This document shows positions 20,240 through 29,578 of a stretch of DNA of 64,000 bases, one piece after another. Both the position numbers and the translations under genes were made by a program. This DNA comes from Promethearchaeota archaeon (GTDB taxonomy: Archaea > Asgardarchaeota > Heimdallarchaeia > Hodarchaeales > Hodarchaeaceae). The notes below the pieces were generated by a model. It had not been told where the DNA came from and did no database searches. It saw only the letters and a program-made list of their open reading frames with translations. Location of the stretch: NCBI GenBank assembly GCA_048938105.1, contig JBHLMN010000004.1, positions 128,001 to 192,000 on the forward strand. Reading direction: 5' to 3'. Position 1 is the first letter of the stretch. Each line of letters begins with the position of its first letter.

Positions 20240-20818
20240 ATACCTCATCGAATTTTTGACTTTTTAAGTCCAATTTATGATTTATTAATTCGTGGTGAAC
20301 CTCCTGAGGATTTAATTCCATTATTAAATCTCACAGGTGATGAGGTGATACTAGAGATAGGCGCAGGAACTGGAAGGATGATCCAATCATTATCTCATTT
20401 ATGTTCAGATCTCTTTTTACTTGATCCTTCCCCAGCGATGCTTGCAAAAGCACGTATCAAAATTCCCTGTGCTAATCATTGTTTGGGTTATGCTGAGTCA
20501 TTACCTTGGCAAAAAGCGTTTTTTGATCGAGTTTTTGCGATTGATTCTCTTCATCATTGGAATAATCAAACAAAGGGATTAGCTGAAGTTTACCGTGTTC
20601 TGAAGAATCAAGGTAGTTTTATATTAATTGAATTTGATCCTAATACACGTTTTGGTCATTATATTAGGTCAATGGAGCGTTTATTACAAATGGGATCCAA
20701 TTTTTATTCTCCGCGAGAGATTAAGAAAATTTTATCAGCTACTGGCTTTACTGTTTCCAAACAATACTATATTGACGGTGTTACGTATGTAACTGTTGCT
20801 GGAAAGGCTTTAGGGTAG
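20240..20818 (+). CDS. Class I SAM-dependent methyltransferase (UbiE/Methyltransf_11-like)
   Basis: LEIGAGTG, DPSPAML, AESLPW, FDRVF, HHW. The upstream in-frame segment IFDFLSPIYDLL is typical of the family N-terminus and implies an ATA start at 20237 or 20240 rather than GTG 20345. Confidence 0.85.
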   Translation: MPHRIFDFLSPIYDLLIRGEPPEDLIPLLNLTGDEVILEIGAGTGRMIQSLSHLCSDLFLLDPSPAMLAKARIKIPCANHCLGYAESLPWQKAFFDRVFAIDSLHHWNNQTKGLAEVYRVLKNQGSFILIEFDPNTRFGHYIRSMERLLQMGSNFYSPREIKKILSATGFTVSKQYYIDGVTYVTVAGKALG

Positions 20819-20854
20819 TTTTAGGATCTTCTAGATTTTCAATAGGAAAAAATA

Positions 20855-21313
20855 TCATATGATTTGAGGTTCAGCACTAGATAATCTTGATAATTCAATT
20901 GTAATTCTATCTTTCCATATTTTTAATTTCATTCCTAGGTTTCTGACCTCATCTAACTTAAGATCTCTGTTTTTTCTACTCATTTTCCGTTTTAATCTCG
21001 TTACAATCATTTCTTTTTCAGAATCTTGATCCTGACTTTCCTCAATCTTCCTTTTTATCTCACTATAGTTTTTTGCCAATTGGTTTATATATAAAGAAAT
21101 ATCTTTTTGGATCTCTTCGGAAACCTCCAATAAGGTCAATTCATCAAGAATATACCTTAAAGAATCATAAACACGTATAACCTTTATTTGATGTCTTTCT
21201 CTTTTTTCTGTACGTTGTGCTGTCTCTGTCACTAACTCAATCTCTCGGGCTAGCTCACCTAGTTTGTGTCCTAAAATAAATAAGAGCTCGTTGTTAATTA
21301 TCCTCATTTTCAA
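20855..21313 (-). CDS. Hypothetical helical/coiled-coil protein
   Basis: 152 aa, highly charged with heptad-like patterning. Lies 41 bp downstream of the longin-like gene. Confidence 0.6.
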   Translation of the reverse strand: MKMRIINNELLFILGHKLGELAREIELVTETAQRTEKRERHQIKVIRVYDSLRYILDELTLLEVSEEIQKDISLYINQLAKNYSEIKRKIEESQDQDSEKEMIVTRLKRKMSRKNRDLKLDEVRNLGMKLKIWKDRITIELSRLSSAEPQII

Positions 21314-21354
21314 TTGACCCTATTTATTTAGAGGTTATCATTTAGTCCGAATTT

Positions 21355-22122
21355 TCAGCCCTCAACAAATGATGTTATTATTTCCTTGATTCTCCACTGT
21401 GTGATGTCCAGATTATCTTCATCAACGAAGATAACAATGGTATAAGGAAAAATATTGAACATCAAACAATGAAAATTCTTTGATAAGGCTATTTGAAAAT
21501 TCTCAATAGGAAACGTTGTACGATTTGACAAGTCCAAGAGAGTTTTAATTGCAGTTGAAACTTCGCTACTAAAGACACTGAATTTTTCACTCGCAAGATG
21601 AGTATAAATCTGACTCATCTCAGGTCGTAAAAAAATAATCATGTTCTCAAATATTCTATCGTGATAACTATGAATTATATCCAATAATTTACTTAGTTTA
21701 GTTTCGTCAATGTGAATTAGTGAATTATAAGCTTCATTGCATTCTTTAGAAAAATCAGCATACTCTGATACGTCGATAATTGTTTTTGGGCTCATAAGTT
21801 TCTCCAATTTTGAATAATACTGATTTTCAAAATTCTCAACCAATCCTCTACAAAATTTTTCGAAAATTGGCCCTGTTTGATAGGTAAAAAGGACCCCATA
21901 AACATAATCCCCTTCAGTTAAAATTGCACTATAATGGCCGTAATTGACGATTTTCGTCTCCTGTTGGCCAAATGTCTCACCCATTACTTGCATGATGGCA
22001 CCAATTAATCCCCCTCTAATATCATGATCCGTGAATAACACATCAGGCCTAAATTCGTGCGTGAAGAGAGGAATTCCGCTCTCTTTAGTTGTTATTTCGA
22101 AGCCTATCATGGGAATACACAC
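21355..22122 (-). CDS. Longin-like domain fused to a second longin/roadblock-like domain (candidate eukaryotic signature protein)
   Basis: The N-terminal pattern ESGIPLFTHEF...GGLIGAIMQVMGETFG...three strands...LVENFENQY matches the longin beta-beta-alpha-beta-beta-beta-alpha layout. The C-terminal half has a roadblock-like alpha-beta-beta-alpha-beta-beta-beta-alpha pattern. Confidence 0.65.
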   Translation of the reverse strand: MCIPMIGFEITTKESGIPLFTHEFRPDVLFTDHDIRGGLIGAIMQVMGETFGQQETKIVNYGHYSAILTEGDYVYGVLFTYQTGPIFEKFCRGLVENFENQYYSKLEKLMSPKTIIDVSEYADFSKECNEAYNSLIHIDETKLSKLLDIIHSYHDRIFENMIIFLRPEMSQIYTHLASEKFSVFSSEVSTAIKTLLDLSNRTTFPIENFQIALSKNFHCLMFNIFPYTIVIFVDEDNLDITQWRIKEIITSFVEG

Positions 22123-22557
22123 AGTGGAGGAAAAATAAGACTGGAATCGATCATGATTGAGTTAGTGGAACAGGTACACTTTCAGACTTATTTAGATTTC
22201 CATAAAGAAAATCATATTACCCTCTCTAGCTCTTGATGAAATGGATTACACCGAAAAATAACACTGGGTGAGGAAGGAAAAATGAAATTAGTAAATTAAC
22301 GAGTAAAAGAGTACACAACACTTCCCCGGGTATCTGGTGATCTGTTGAACCAAAAACGTTACTTAACCAATTTGAAAGTAATAGATACCGATCAAAAATT
22401 ATTTATAATTGAAAATAGTAATTAGTAGTAGTCTAAAAGAAGTTCAGGTACTCAAGTGCACAAATGACCCAACTGCTTACAACTTTAGGTTTTTATGCTT
22501 CTGAGTCAGGAAGGAAGACTTTGATCATCAACATTAGGCTATTTTGGTCTGAGAACC

Positions 22558-23673
22558 ATGCAGGAAAGCACTGAGCCAAGAGATAAGACACCAGTGGAAG
22601 GAAGAACGGAAATTACTCCAATTATTGCTCATCCACTCGCTCTAGCGATTTTTTTGTCGCTCATCTTTTCGCTGGCGGGATTGTTTCTGATGGTGATAGT
22701 CCCTCAAGAATTAAATAGCTTTTTAGAAAAAAATTACATCTCTGATCCGTTATCTGTTGATGAAGAATACATCGAAGTACAGGCGCAATATGAGTCAGTG
22801 TTAGCTTTTCTTAGCCCCCTAGCGTACCTTTCGTTCTGGTTACTGATTGTAATAATAATCCTTGGTGTAATCATTAAAAGGTATAAGCTGAGCTTTTTAG
22901 GATCCTTGACCTTCTACCTTCCGATTTTTGGTCAATTTGCTGGGATTATGGGCTCATTTTTTGCAGGCATTGGAGTGATTCGAACACTTTGGCTACCTTT
23001 TCTGGATTACACCCCTGAACTCTTGAATCTAGGCGTGATATTTTACATCCCAGTATTGGTAATGTTTTTTCTGATTGTTGTTCCTCTATTTTACATAATG
23101 CTTATTCTAAATGAATCACTCTTGATACCACTATTAGGAGAAGTAATATCAGTATCAATAATGAATATATTGATATATATGATCATTTTCTTTATTGCTG
23201 GAGTAGGTTTTTTTATTCTCACATTTGCAACGGCGACGTGGTTATATGGACGATTTCAAGGCAAAAAAATCATAGATTTTTGGATTTATCGTTATTCAAG
23301 ACATCCACAATATTTAGGCCTTATTATCTGGAACTATGGCCTTTTAATGCTATCAATACCTCCATTTGCCCTCTTCCCCCCCACGTTCCCTTTCCTCATA
23401 TTAACTTTGGTAATAGTTGGGATGGCTCTGAATGAGGAGAATACGATGATTCGACAACATACTGAAGAATATATTACTTGGCGAGAGCGAACACCTTTCT
23501 TAGTTCCTTTACTCCAAAGAATCAGCTCATTAATTACGTATCCTATGAGAAAGGTGATAAAAAAGGAGTGGCCTGAGAATAATAAGGATATTATCGTGGT
23601 TCTGCTGATTTATGGTGGTATTGTGGTCTTGTTGTCGCTTCCTCTTTTGAATATTCCTCTATTCGGCCGCTAG
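22558..23673 (+). CDS. Polytopic membrane protein with ICMT/PEMT/DUF1295-type methyltransferase domain
   Basis: YRYSRHPQYLG and EE...EY..W..RTPF.VP motifs, with many TMs. Confidence 0.75.
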   Translation: MQESTEPRDKTPVEGRTEITPIIAHPLALAIFLSLIFSLAGLFLMVIVPQELNSFLEKNYISDPLSVDEEYIEVQAQYESVLAFLSPLAYLSFWLLIVIIILGVIIKRYKLSFLGSLTFYLPIFGQFAGIMGSFFAGIGVIRTLWLPFLDYTPELLNLGVIFYIPVLVMFFLIVVPLFYIMLILNESLLIPLLGEVISVSIMNILIYMIIFFIAGVGFFILTFATATWLYGRFQGKKIIDFWIYRYSRHPQYLGLIIWNYGLLMLSIPPFALFPPTFPFLILTLVIVGMALNEENTMIRQHTEEYITWRERTPFLVPLLQRISSLITYPMRKVIKKEWPENNKDIIVVLLIYGGIVVLLSLPLLNIPLFGR

Positions 23674-23803
23674 ATCTCGTTTCAATAGGAAAAAGTTTAA
23701 TATAATTTGAAACCAGAAAATTAATGTTAAGGAAACTACTCATCTATTCATTTGTTTGTAAACTTAAAAACAAAAAGTATTGATTCTGTTGAATCGAAAG
23801 CTT

Positions 23804-25525
23804 TTATGTAAACATTCGTTTTGTGATCCATTCTAATATAGAAATGAATATCAAACCAATAATGATGCTGAAACCTGTTTCCCAATTGTGAAGAATAGAT
23901 CCCGAAATAATCTCTGTTAGTTTGAAATAAGCAAAAATTATGCTGTATAAACCCACAAAGATTACTATCCATTTACGAATCTGATTTTCAATGTTTTCTG
24001 TTGTGAAGGTATAACGATTATTTATCTTACCAAAGAAGAAGGCATACAAAATAAGGAATACATATACGGCTATAATATTTACAAAGAAGATTTTAATGAA
24101 TGTATAAAGCATACCAATTGTTATAAACTCTTGAAAGAGGAGGAAAATGAATAGATTAGGGAGGAAGACAGCTATTGTTATGATGAATTGTTTAGATCGA
24201 AAAAGATCCCTCTCTTTAAAAGGTAAAGTAGCAAGTAATCCTCCAAGATTCCTTTCAGATAATCTTAAACTATGATAAAGAATGAATATTAGGATTCCTA
24301 CCAGAAAAACGAGTATTGTTATTATAAACCACAATGGGCCCCCATCACTACCAATATATCTCTCTGGCATTGTAAATGACAGCATAATTATGATTAAAGG
24401 CATTGATAATCCACCAAAAAATAGTGTAAGAGCGCCATAATCACGAAAAACCATTGTTAAGGTCTTTTTCATGAATGTTACAACTGGAGTGGATGTTTTA
24501 ACTTGTATGACAATATCTTTTTCTGAAATAGCTTTATGTCTTTCTATAGCTGGTTCAAAAGCTAGTTTTTGTATGAGTGAACTTCCTTTCCTGAAAGCAA
24601 CTACTATAAAACTTAAAAGAATGCAAACTCCAAAAATCGATGATAATGTGAGAGGAAAAGATATCGAACTAGAAGGGTGCAATAAGATTAAAGTAGTTAA
24701 ATAATTGCTAGAAAAGGGGAATGGGATTAATGAGAGAAGAAAATTAATTTCCAGATTTATTTCTCCCGTGATAAGGTTTGAATTGAATAACTGATTAATA
24801 ATATGATAGAATGATGACATAAGAAAGAATATAGGGATTACTGTTAGTAAATACACTACCATTGTGAGGACCGTTATAAGTGGTCCTATTGGAGATTTAT
24901 CTGTTTTATTAAAAACTTTTTGAGCTAATATCCAGGCGATTATTACAAGTACTGGAACAATGAATCCCAGATTAATGAAATTATTAATTAAAAGAATAAA
25001 AAAGATCAGTGGTGAAAGTGTGATAATTAATCCTGCTACTGGAAGAATAAAAAGAATAAAAATTAATTGGATTGCATTCATTCGAAAGAAAACATAAAAG
25101 GTTAACTGGGTCATATCATGCGAGCTTAGCGGAAGAGGACGTAATAATTTGAAATAATCTCCTCTCATAAAAGTGACATAATTCATTAAACCAGCCATAA
25201 ATAGAATAAATAAAATATACATATTATAAATCGATAATATTATACTATTTGTAAATACAATTGCATTAAAGTTACCAGAAACAATGTTTACCGAGAATAA
25301 ATGTAAAATACCTATTACTGGTAAAATTGTCATTACTCCTAAAATATAACAAATAAATAATCCACTAAGGAGGGCCAATCTCCTTTGAGATTTCATATTT
25401 TTTTCATATTTTTCAATAGTTTCGACTTTAGTGGATATTCCTGTGGCTAATTGTGTTTGAAAATAGATTTCTTCGTGGATTTTTTTAGAGAATTGCCAGA
25501 GTTCACTACGAGATAAGTTTGACAA
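23804..25525 (-). CDS. ABC exporter permease (multi-TM)
   Basis: About 13 hydrophobic segments with LLRPLPL/LATLPF loops. Directly downstream of an ABC ATPase. Confidence 0.75.
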   Translation of the reverse strand: MSNLSRSELWQFSKKIHEEIYFQTQLATGISTKVETIEKYEKNMKSQRRLALLSGLFICYILGVMTILPVIGILHLFSVNIVSGNFNAIVFTNSIILSIYNMYILFILFMAGLMNYVTFMRGDYFKLLRPLPLSSHDMTQLTFYVFFRMNAIQLIFILFILPVAGLIITLSPLIFFILLINNFINLGFIVPVLVIIAWILAQKVFNKTDKSPIGPLITVLTMVVYLLTVIPIFFLMSSFYHIINQLFNSNLITGEINLEINFLLSLIPFPFSSNYLTTLILLHPSSSISFPLTLSSIFGVCILLSFIVVAFRKGSSLIQKLAFEPAIERHKAISEKDIVIQVKTSTPVVTFMKKTLTMVFRDYGALTLFFGGLSMPLIIIMLSFTMPERYIGSDGGPLWFIITILVFLVGILIFILYHSLRLSERNLGGLLATLPFKERDLFRSKQFIITIAVFLPNLFIFLLFQEFITIGMLYTFIKIFFVNIIAVYVFLILYAFFFGKINNRYTFTTENIENQIRKWIVIFVGLYSIIFAYFKLTEIISGSILHNWETGFSIIIGLIFISILEWITKRMFT

Positions 25526-25538
25526 GTGCTATTCCTTC

Positions 25539-26324
25539 CTATGTTTTCCCCGCAAGTCGTTTCAAATTCGCAATGATCCCATTGGTTACCTCTTCCTGAT
25601 CAGTTAACTTTAAGAAGACTTCTTCTAGCGTAGCTCCTGCAGATTGGGCAAGTTCTTGGAGTTCTTCAAACTTCCCTTCAGCAACCATTTTCCCTTGGTT
25701 TATTATCCCAATTCTTGTACATAGAATCTGTGCTTGTTCCATAATATGCGTTGAAAATAGGATAGACCCACCATTCTTAATATGAATTTGAAATAACTCT
25801 TTTAATATGGCTGAAGATCGTGCGTCCAATCCAGAGAATGGTTCATCAAGAATTAATAATTTCGGTTTGTGGAGTAAGGCACAGATGATTTGGATCTTTT
25901 GTTTATTGCCATGGCTAAGGCTAGCTATTAGTGAATCATAATACCTTTTTACATTAAGAGATTTAAGGAGTTCATCAGCATCTAAAGAAGTTATCTGAGG
26001 GTCTAGTGCTCGTAATGAGGCAACAAAATTAAGTAGTTCAGCGACAGTCATGGATTCATATAATGAAAACTCCTCTGGAACATAACCAATGTTTTTCTTA
26101 ACTTTCGATGGAGTACTGATAGGGTCATCTCCAAAAACAGATATATTTCCTGAATTGATTTCAAGTAAGCCGAGGATTGATTTAATTGTCGTGGATTTGC
26201 CAGCTCCATTTGGTCCCAATAATCCATAAACCTCCCCAGGTCTGACGGAAAAAGATAGCCCTTCAACCGCTTTAACAGAGCCAAAACTCTTTTTTAGATT
26301 GTTTACAACTAGAACTAGTTCCAT
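25539..26324 (-). CDS. ABC-2 type ATP-binding protein
   Basis: GPNGAGKST, LSHGNKQK, LILDEPFSGLD, STH. Confidence 0.95.
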   Translation of the reverse strand: MELVLVVNNLKKSFGSVKAVEGLSFSVRPGEVYGLLGPNGAGKSTTIKSILGLLEINSGNISVFGDDPISTPSKVKKNIGYVPEEFSLYESMTVAELLNFVASLRALDPQITSLDADELLKSLNVKRYYDSLIASLSHGNKQKIQIICALLHKPKLLILDEPFSGLDARSSAILKELFQIHIKNGGSILFSTHIMEQAQILCTRIGIINQGKMVAEGKFEELQELAQSAGATLEEVFLKLTDQEEVTNGIIANLKRLAGKT

Positions 26325-26331
26325 GATAGGT

Positions 26332-26661
26332 TTACACCTGAAAGACGTTCATCATGATGTCTTTATACTTATCAAAGGCTTTACGCCCTTGTTCGGTAAT
26401 CTTTAAGACAGTAACAGGTTTTTTTCCTCGAAAAACCTTCTCAATTTCGATATAACCCGCATTCTCTAGTTTGGAAGCATGTGAGGAAAGATTACCCCAG
26501 GAAAGATTAGTTTTTCTTTTAAAAAAGATAAGATCAGCATTCTCCATAATATAAAGATGAGAAATAATAATGAGGCGGGAGGGTTCATGAATAAGCTTAT
26601 CAATGATAGAAGGTTCAGGGACATCAATATTATTATTAATGTTGGTTTTTTGATTAGTCAG
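26332..26661 (-). CDS. Winged-helix transcriptional regulator (HTH_34/MarR-like)
   Basis: LSWGNLSSHASKLENAGYI...ITEQGRKAF. The in-frame upstream IDKLIHEPSRLIII is the conserved family N-terminus. Likely CTG start at 26661, overlapping the upstream TGA. Confidence 0.85.
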   Translation of the reverse strand: MTNQKTNINNNIDVPEPSIIDKLIHEPSRLIIISHLYIMENADLIFFKRKTNLSWGNLSSHASKLENAGYIEIEKVFRGKKPVTVLKITEQGRKAFDKYKDIMMNVFQV

Positions 26662-27305
26662 GACTTCTCTTCCTCCATATGAATCACTGGATAGTTTCGG
26701 ACAAACCTAATGTACCTTATAACTCCCAGAATAATAGCTGAAACGCCTAAAGTGAAGAAATAGAGATATAACCCAATCATTTCATCAGGAAAGTCAAGCA
26801 TAGCGAAGAAGAAACCAAGTATTGTTGAGAAAGCTCCGAGAAAGTAATAACGCTGCTGATTAGTTTTCCCTACAAGGAAAATGCTGGGACCGAACATTAT
26901 TAGCCCAAAAAGAAATGGTATCCACTTATATATCAGAGATAAGTCGAACTCTCCCTCAACGATGATCATCATTGAAAGAGTAATAACAAAACTTGCTAGA
27001 AAGAGAAGCAAGAGTATAAGAAGAGATTTTTTCATGGAATATCCTTCTTTATCCTCTTCTCGTTTGAATTCCACTCTCCCTAGACGGGGATAAGTCGTAC
27101 GTTCACGTATGAACTCGACAATAGGTTGAGCGAATAGGATGAAGCAGACATAAAATGTGATGAAACTTACGTGGATAAATAGTATAGGTAAAAATATTAG
27201 TACAATTCCTAAAAGTATCTCAGTAATTCCATCAATCATGAATTCATGGAAAGTCTGCTGTTCAATTTTCTTCAGATCAATTTTATCATTCTGTCTTTCT
27301 ACCAT
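26658..27305 (-). CDS. Hypothetical membrane protein (6 TM), first gene of the regulator/ABC operon
   Basis: DGITEILLG and ERTTYPRLGRV motifs, which I recognise from membrane proteins that accompany HTH_34 regulators. Confidence 0.75.
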   Translation of the reverse strand: MVERQNDKIDLKKIEQQTFHEFMIDGITEILLGIVLIFLPILFIHVSFITFYVCFILFAQPIVEFIRERTTYPRLGRVEFKREEDKEGYSMKKSLLILLLLFLASFVITLSMMIIVEGEFDLSLIYKWIPFLFGLIMFGPSIFLVGKTNQQRYYFLGAFSTILGFFFAMLDFPDEMIGLYLYFFTLGVSAIILGVIRYIRFVRNYPVIHMEEEKS

Positions 27306-27361
27306 TTGAAGTCAATTAATATCTTGACTTCACATCTATAAATAGCTTTGTATGAAGGAAG

Positions 27362-27470
27362 TACTTTTTGCAAAGTATTTATTAAAATAAATTCAGATTG
27401 ACTTTCTTCTTGTAAAAAAATATTGAGTGATTGTAAAGTTCTCTTTACTAACTGTAAAAAGGTTTTTACA
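27362..27470. promoter_or_regulatory. Cluster of palindromic operators between two divergent ABC operons
   Basis: TACTTT-ttgc-AAAGTA at 27362-27377. GTAAA-N6-TTTAC at 27433-27448 and 27454-27469, with a degenerate third copy starting at 27412 (21-bp period). Confidence 0.6.
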
Positions 27471-27579
27471 AACAATAGAGAACAGAAATCGGGTGTCAAT
27501 ATGCATAAACTTATAAAATCCGGCCCTGTAAAAATTATATAGATTAATTCCTGATAAAATGGAAAAAATGGTGTACAGC

Positions 27580-27837
27580 ATGGTGAATATACTTCAAGAT
27601 CTTGGTGAACTAGTTTGGATTCTATTACCTCTTATGGCTACTCAGATAGGATTGATCATTGTTGGCCTTTGGGAGTGGAACAGAAAAAAAGAGATTTTGG
27701 GCCAAAATAAGATAATCTGGTTATTAATAATAATCTTCATTAATTTCTTCGGGCCAATTATCTTTCTTATTTATAGTCAAAAAATCAGCGCTTCTGTAAC
27801 TACAGTAGGATCTGAAATTGATGATTGGGAGGTATAA
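27580..27837 (+). CDS. Small PLDc N-terminal domain membrane protein (YxlE-like)
   Basis: KIIWLLIIIFINFFGPIIFLIY signature. ATG 27580 is preceded by GGTG. Confidence 0.8.
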   Translation: MVNILQDLGELVWILLPLMATQIGLIIVGLWEWNRKKEILGQNKIIWLLIIIFINFFGPIIFLIYSQKISASVTTVGSEIDDWEV

Positions 27838-27840
27838 TAT

Positions 27841-28776
27841 GTGGAAAATATAATTGAGATAAGGAATTTGAGTAAAAACTATGGTACTGTGAAAGCTTTA
27901 GATAATGTGACTTTATCTATTCCCAAAGGATCAATTTTCGGATATTTAGGGCCTAATGGCGCTGGGAAAACAACCACATTAAAGATTCTTGTCGGTTTAC
28001 TTCGATACTCTCAAGGATCTGTAAAAATCTTCGGGAATGAGGTGAAAAAAAATTCAGTAGAAGTCAATAGAAACATAGGATTTCTTCCTGATGCGGAAAT
28101 GCCACGCCATGATTCCATCTACCGATTTTTAAATTTAACAGGTAAGTTACATAAGATTACGAACAGAAAAGAACGAATCTCAGAAGTCCTAGTGCAAGTT
28201 GGTATGAAAAAGTTATGTAAACGAAAAATAGGATCTCTTTCAAAAGGACAAAAGCAGCGGGTGGGTATTGCTAATGCTTTGATGGTCAACCCTCAACTTC
28301 TGATTTTAGACGAACCAAATAATGGCCTTGATCCAATTGCCCGAGTAAGAGTTCTCACTTTGTTAAAAGATTTAGTCAAGAATGGAAAGACTGTTTTTCT
28401 ATCTTCTCACATTATTGGGGAGGTGGATAAAATCGCGACAAATATAGCAATTATCCATCAAGGAAGAATAATTGAGAAGGGGGAAAGGAAGAATTTAGTT
28501 AAACGTTATCTAAACCATAGTAAATATATCGTTGCTGGAAAAATAGACAAAGAAATCGCCATGAGATCGTTAGAGTATATCACTTCATGTCAACAAGATC
28601 ACCTAGAGCGATATATGATAACAACTTCTGGAAATGTTACTGAAGAACAACTTCTTGTTGATTTGATCCAAAAGGCAAATTCAAAAATTAAATACTTCTC
28701 TTCAGAGGAGCTTTCCCTAGAAGATCTATTTCTTGAAACTATCAATGGGCAATTAAAGAAAGGTGACTATGCGTGA
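27841..28776 (+). CDS. ABC-2 type ATP-binding protein
   Basis: GPNGAGKTT, LSKGQKQR, LILDEPNNGLDP, SSH. Confidence 0.95.
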   Translation: MENIIEIRNLSKNYGTVKALDNVTLSIPKGSIFGYLGPNGAGKTTTLKILVGLLRYSQGSVKIFGNEVKKNSVEVNRNIGFLPDAEMPRHDSIYRFLNLTGKLHKITNRKERISEVLVQVGMKKLCKRKIGSLSKGQKQRVGIANALMVNPQLLILDEPNNGLDPIARVRVLTLLKDLVKNGKTVFLSSHIIGEVDKIATNIAIIHQGRIIEKGERKNLVKRYLNHSKYIVAGKIDKEIAMRSLEYITSCQQDHLERYMITTSGNVTEEQLLVDLIQKANSKIKYFSSEELSLEDLFLETINGQLKKGDYA

Positions 28777-29531
28777 ACTTTCAAATCTTTTTATCCCAAT
28801 TTAAAAATGATTTATGGAATGAAAGGTTAAAATTTTTGATATTATCTTTATTGTTTACCTTCCAGGTTCTGTCAAGTATTATTTCAATATTTTACCTTGA
28901 AGAACTACTTACGTTATTTGGGATGGATTTTGTTAATCCTACTCCCCCATCAGGAGCAGCAGCTTTTCTCGATTACTTTGCTGATCAATTCTTTTTTGGT
29001 ATTCTGATAGTTTCTCTTGGAACAATGAATGTATTCGCAAGTGAAATTGAAGCTGGATCGATTAGTTTTTCACTCACTCGTCCAATCAGTCGAGCTGAAT
29101 ATACTTGTTCCAGACTTACTGCTCGATTGATAGGACTTATATTACCATTTCTTATTGCAACACTCATAGGTTGGATTTATATGGGTCTATTTTTCGAATC
29201 ATTTCCGTTATACACTTTATTATTCACTTTAATTCCTTTTATTTTGTTATTCATATATATTGGTGTTTTAACAAGTGTTCTGAGTTCTCGGACATCATCA
29301 TTAACAGCAGGATTAGGTACAATTGCAATAATTATTGTACAATTTACAATATCAGCATTTAAGCCGATTGAATTACTCTCTCCATTCACTCTTGCCTCTT
29401 TTTGGACTGAAATACTATCATCATCAGTATCTTTTGACTTGGATCATTTTTTGAAACTAGTTTGCTTGATTATCTGGTCTTCTATTCTCCTTATTCTCAC
29501 GATATATTCAATGAAAACTAGAGATCTTTAA
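28773..29531 (+). CDS. ABC-2 type permease
   Basis: ASEIEAGSISFSLTRPISRAE motif, 6 TM, GTGA overlap with the ATPase. Confidence 0.9.
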   Translation: MNFQIFLSQFKNDLWNERLKFLILSLLFTFQVLSSIISIFYLEELLTLFGMDFVNPTPPSGAAAFLDYFADQFFFGILIVSLGTMNVFASEIEAGSISFSLTRPISRAEYTCSRLTARLIGLILPFLIATLIGWIYMGLFFESFPLYTLLFTLIPFILLFIYIGVLTSVLSSRTSSLTAGLGTIAIIIVQFTISAFKPIELLSPFTLASFWTEILSSSVSFDLDHFLKLVCLIIWSSILLILTIYSMKTRDL

Positions 29532-29578
29532 AAAATCACTTAATGATGTAGATTCCATAAAAAACTTAACTAGAATCT

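Noticed and set aside
22123-22557. Possible RNA gene or mobile-element end in the 435-bp gap
   Set aside because: No tRNA cloverleaf, terminal inverted repeats or coding remnant recognised by eye.
27299-27581. Two short minus-strand ORFs in the divergent promoter region
   Set aside because: They overlap the operator array and gene starts, and have no coding features.
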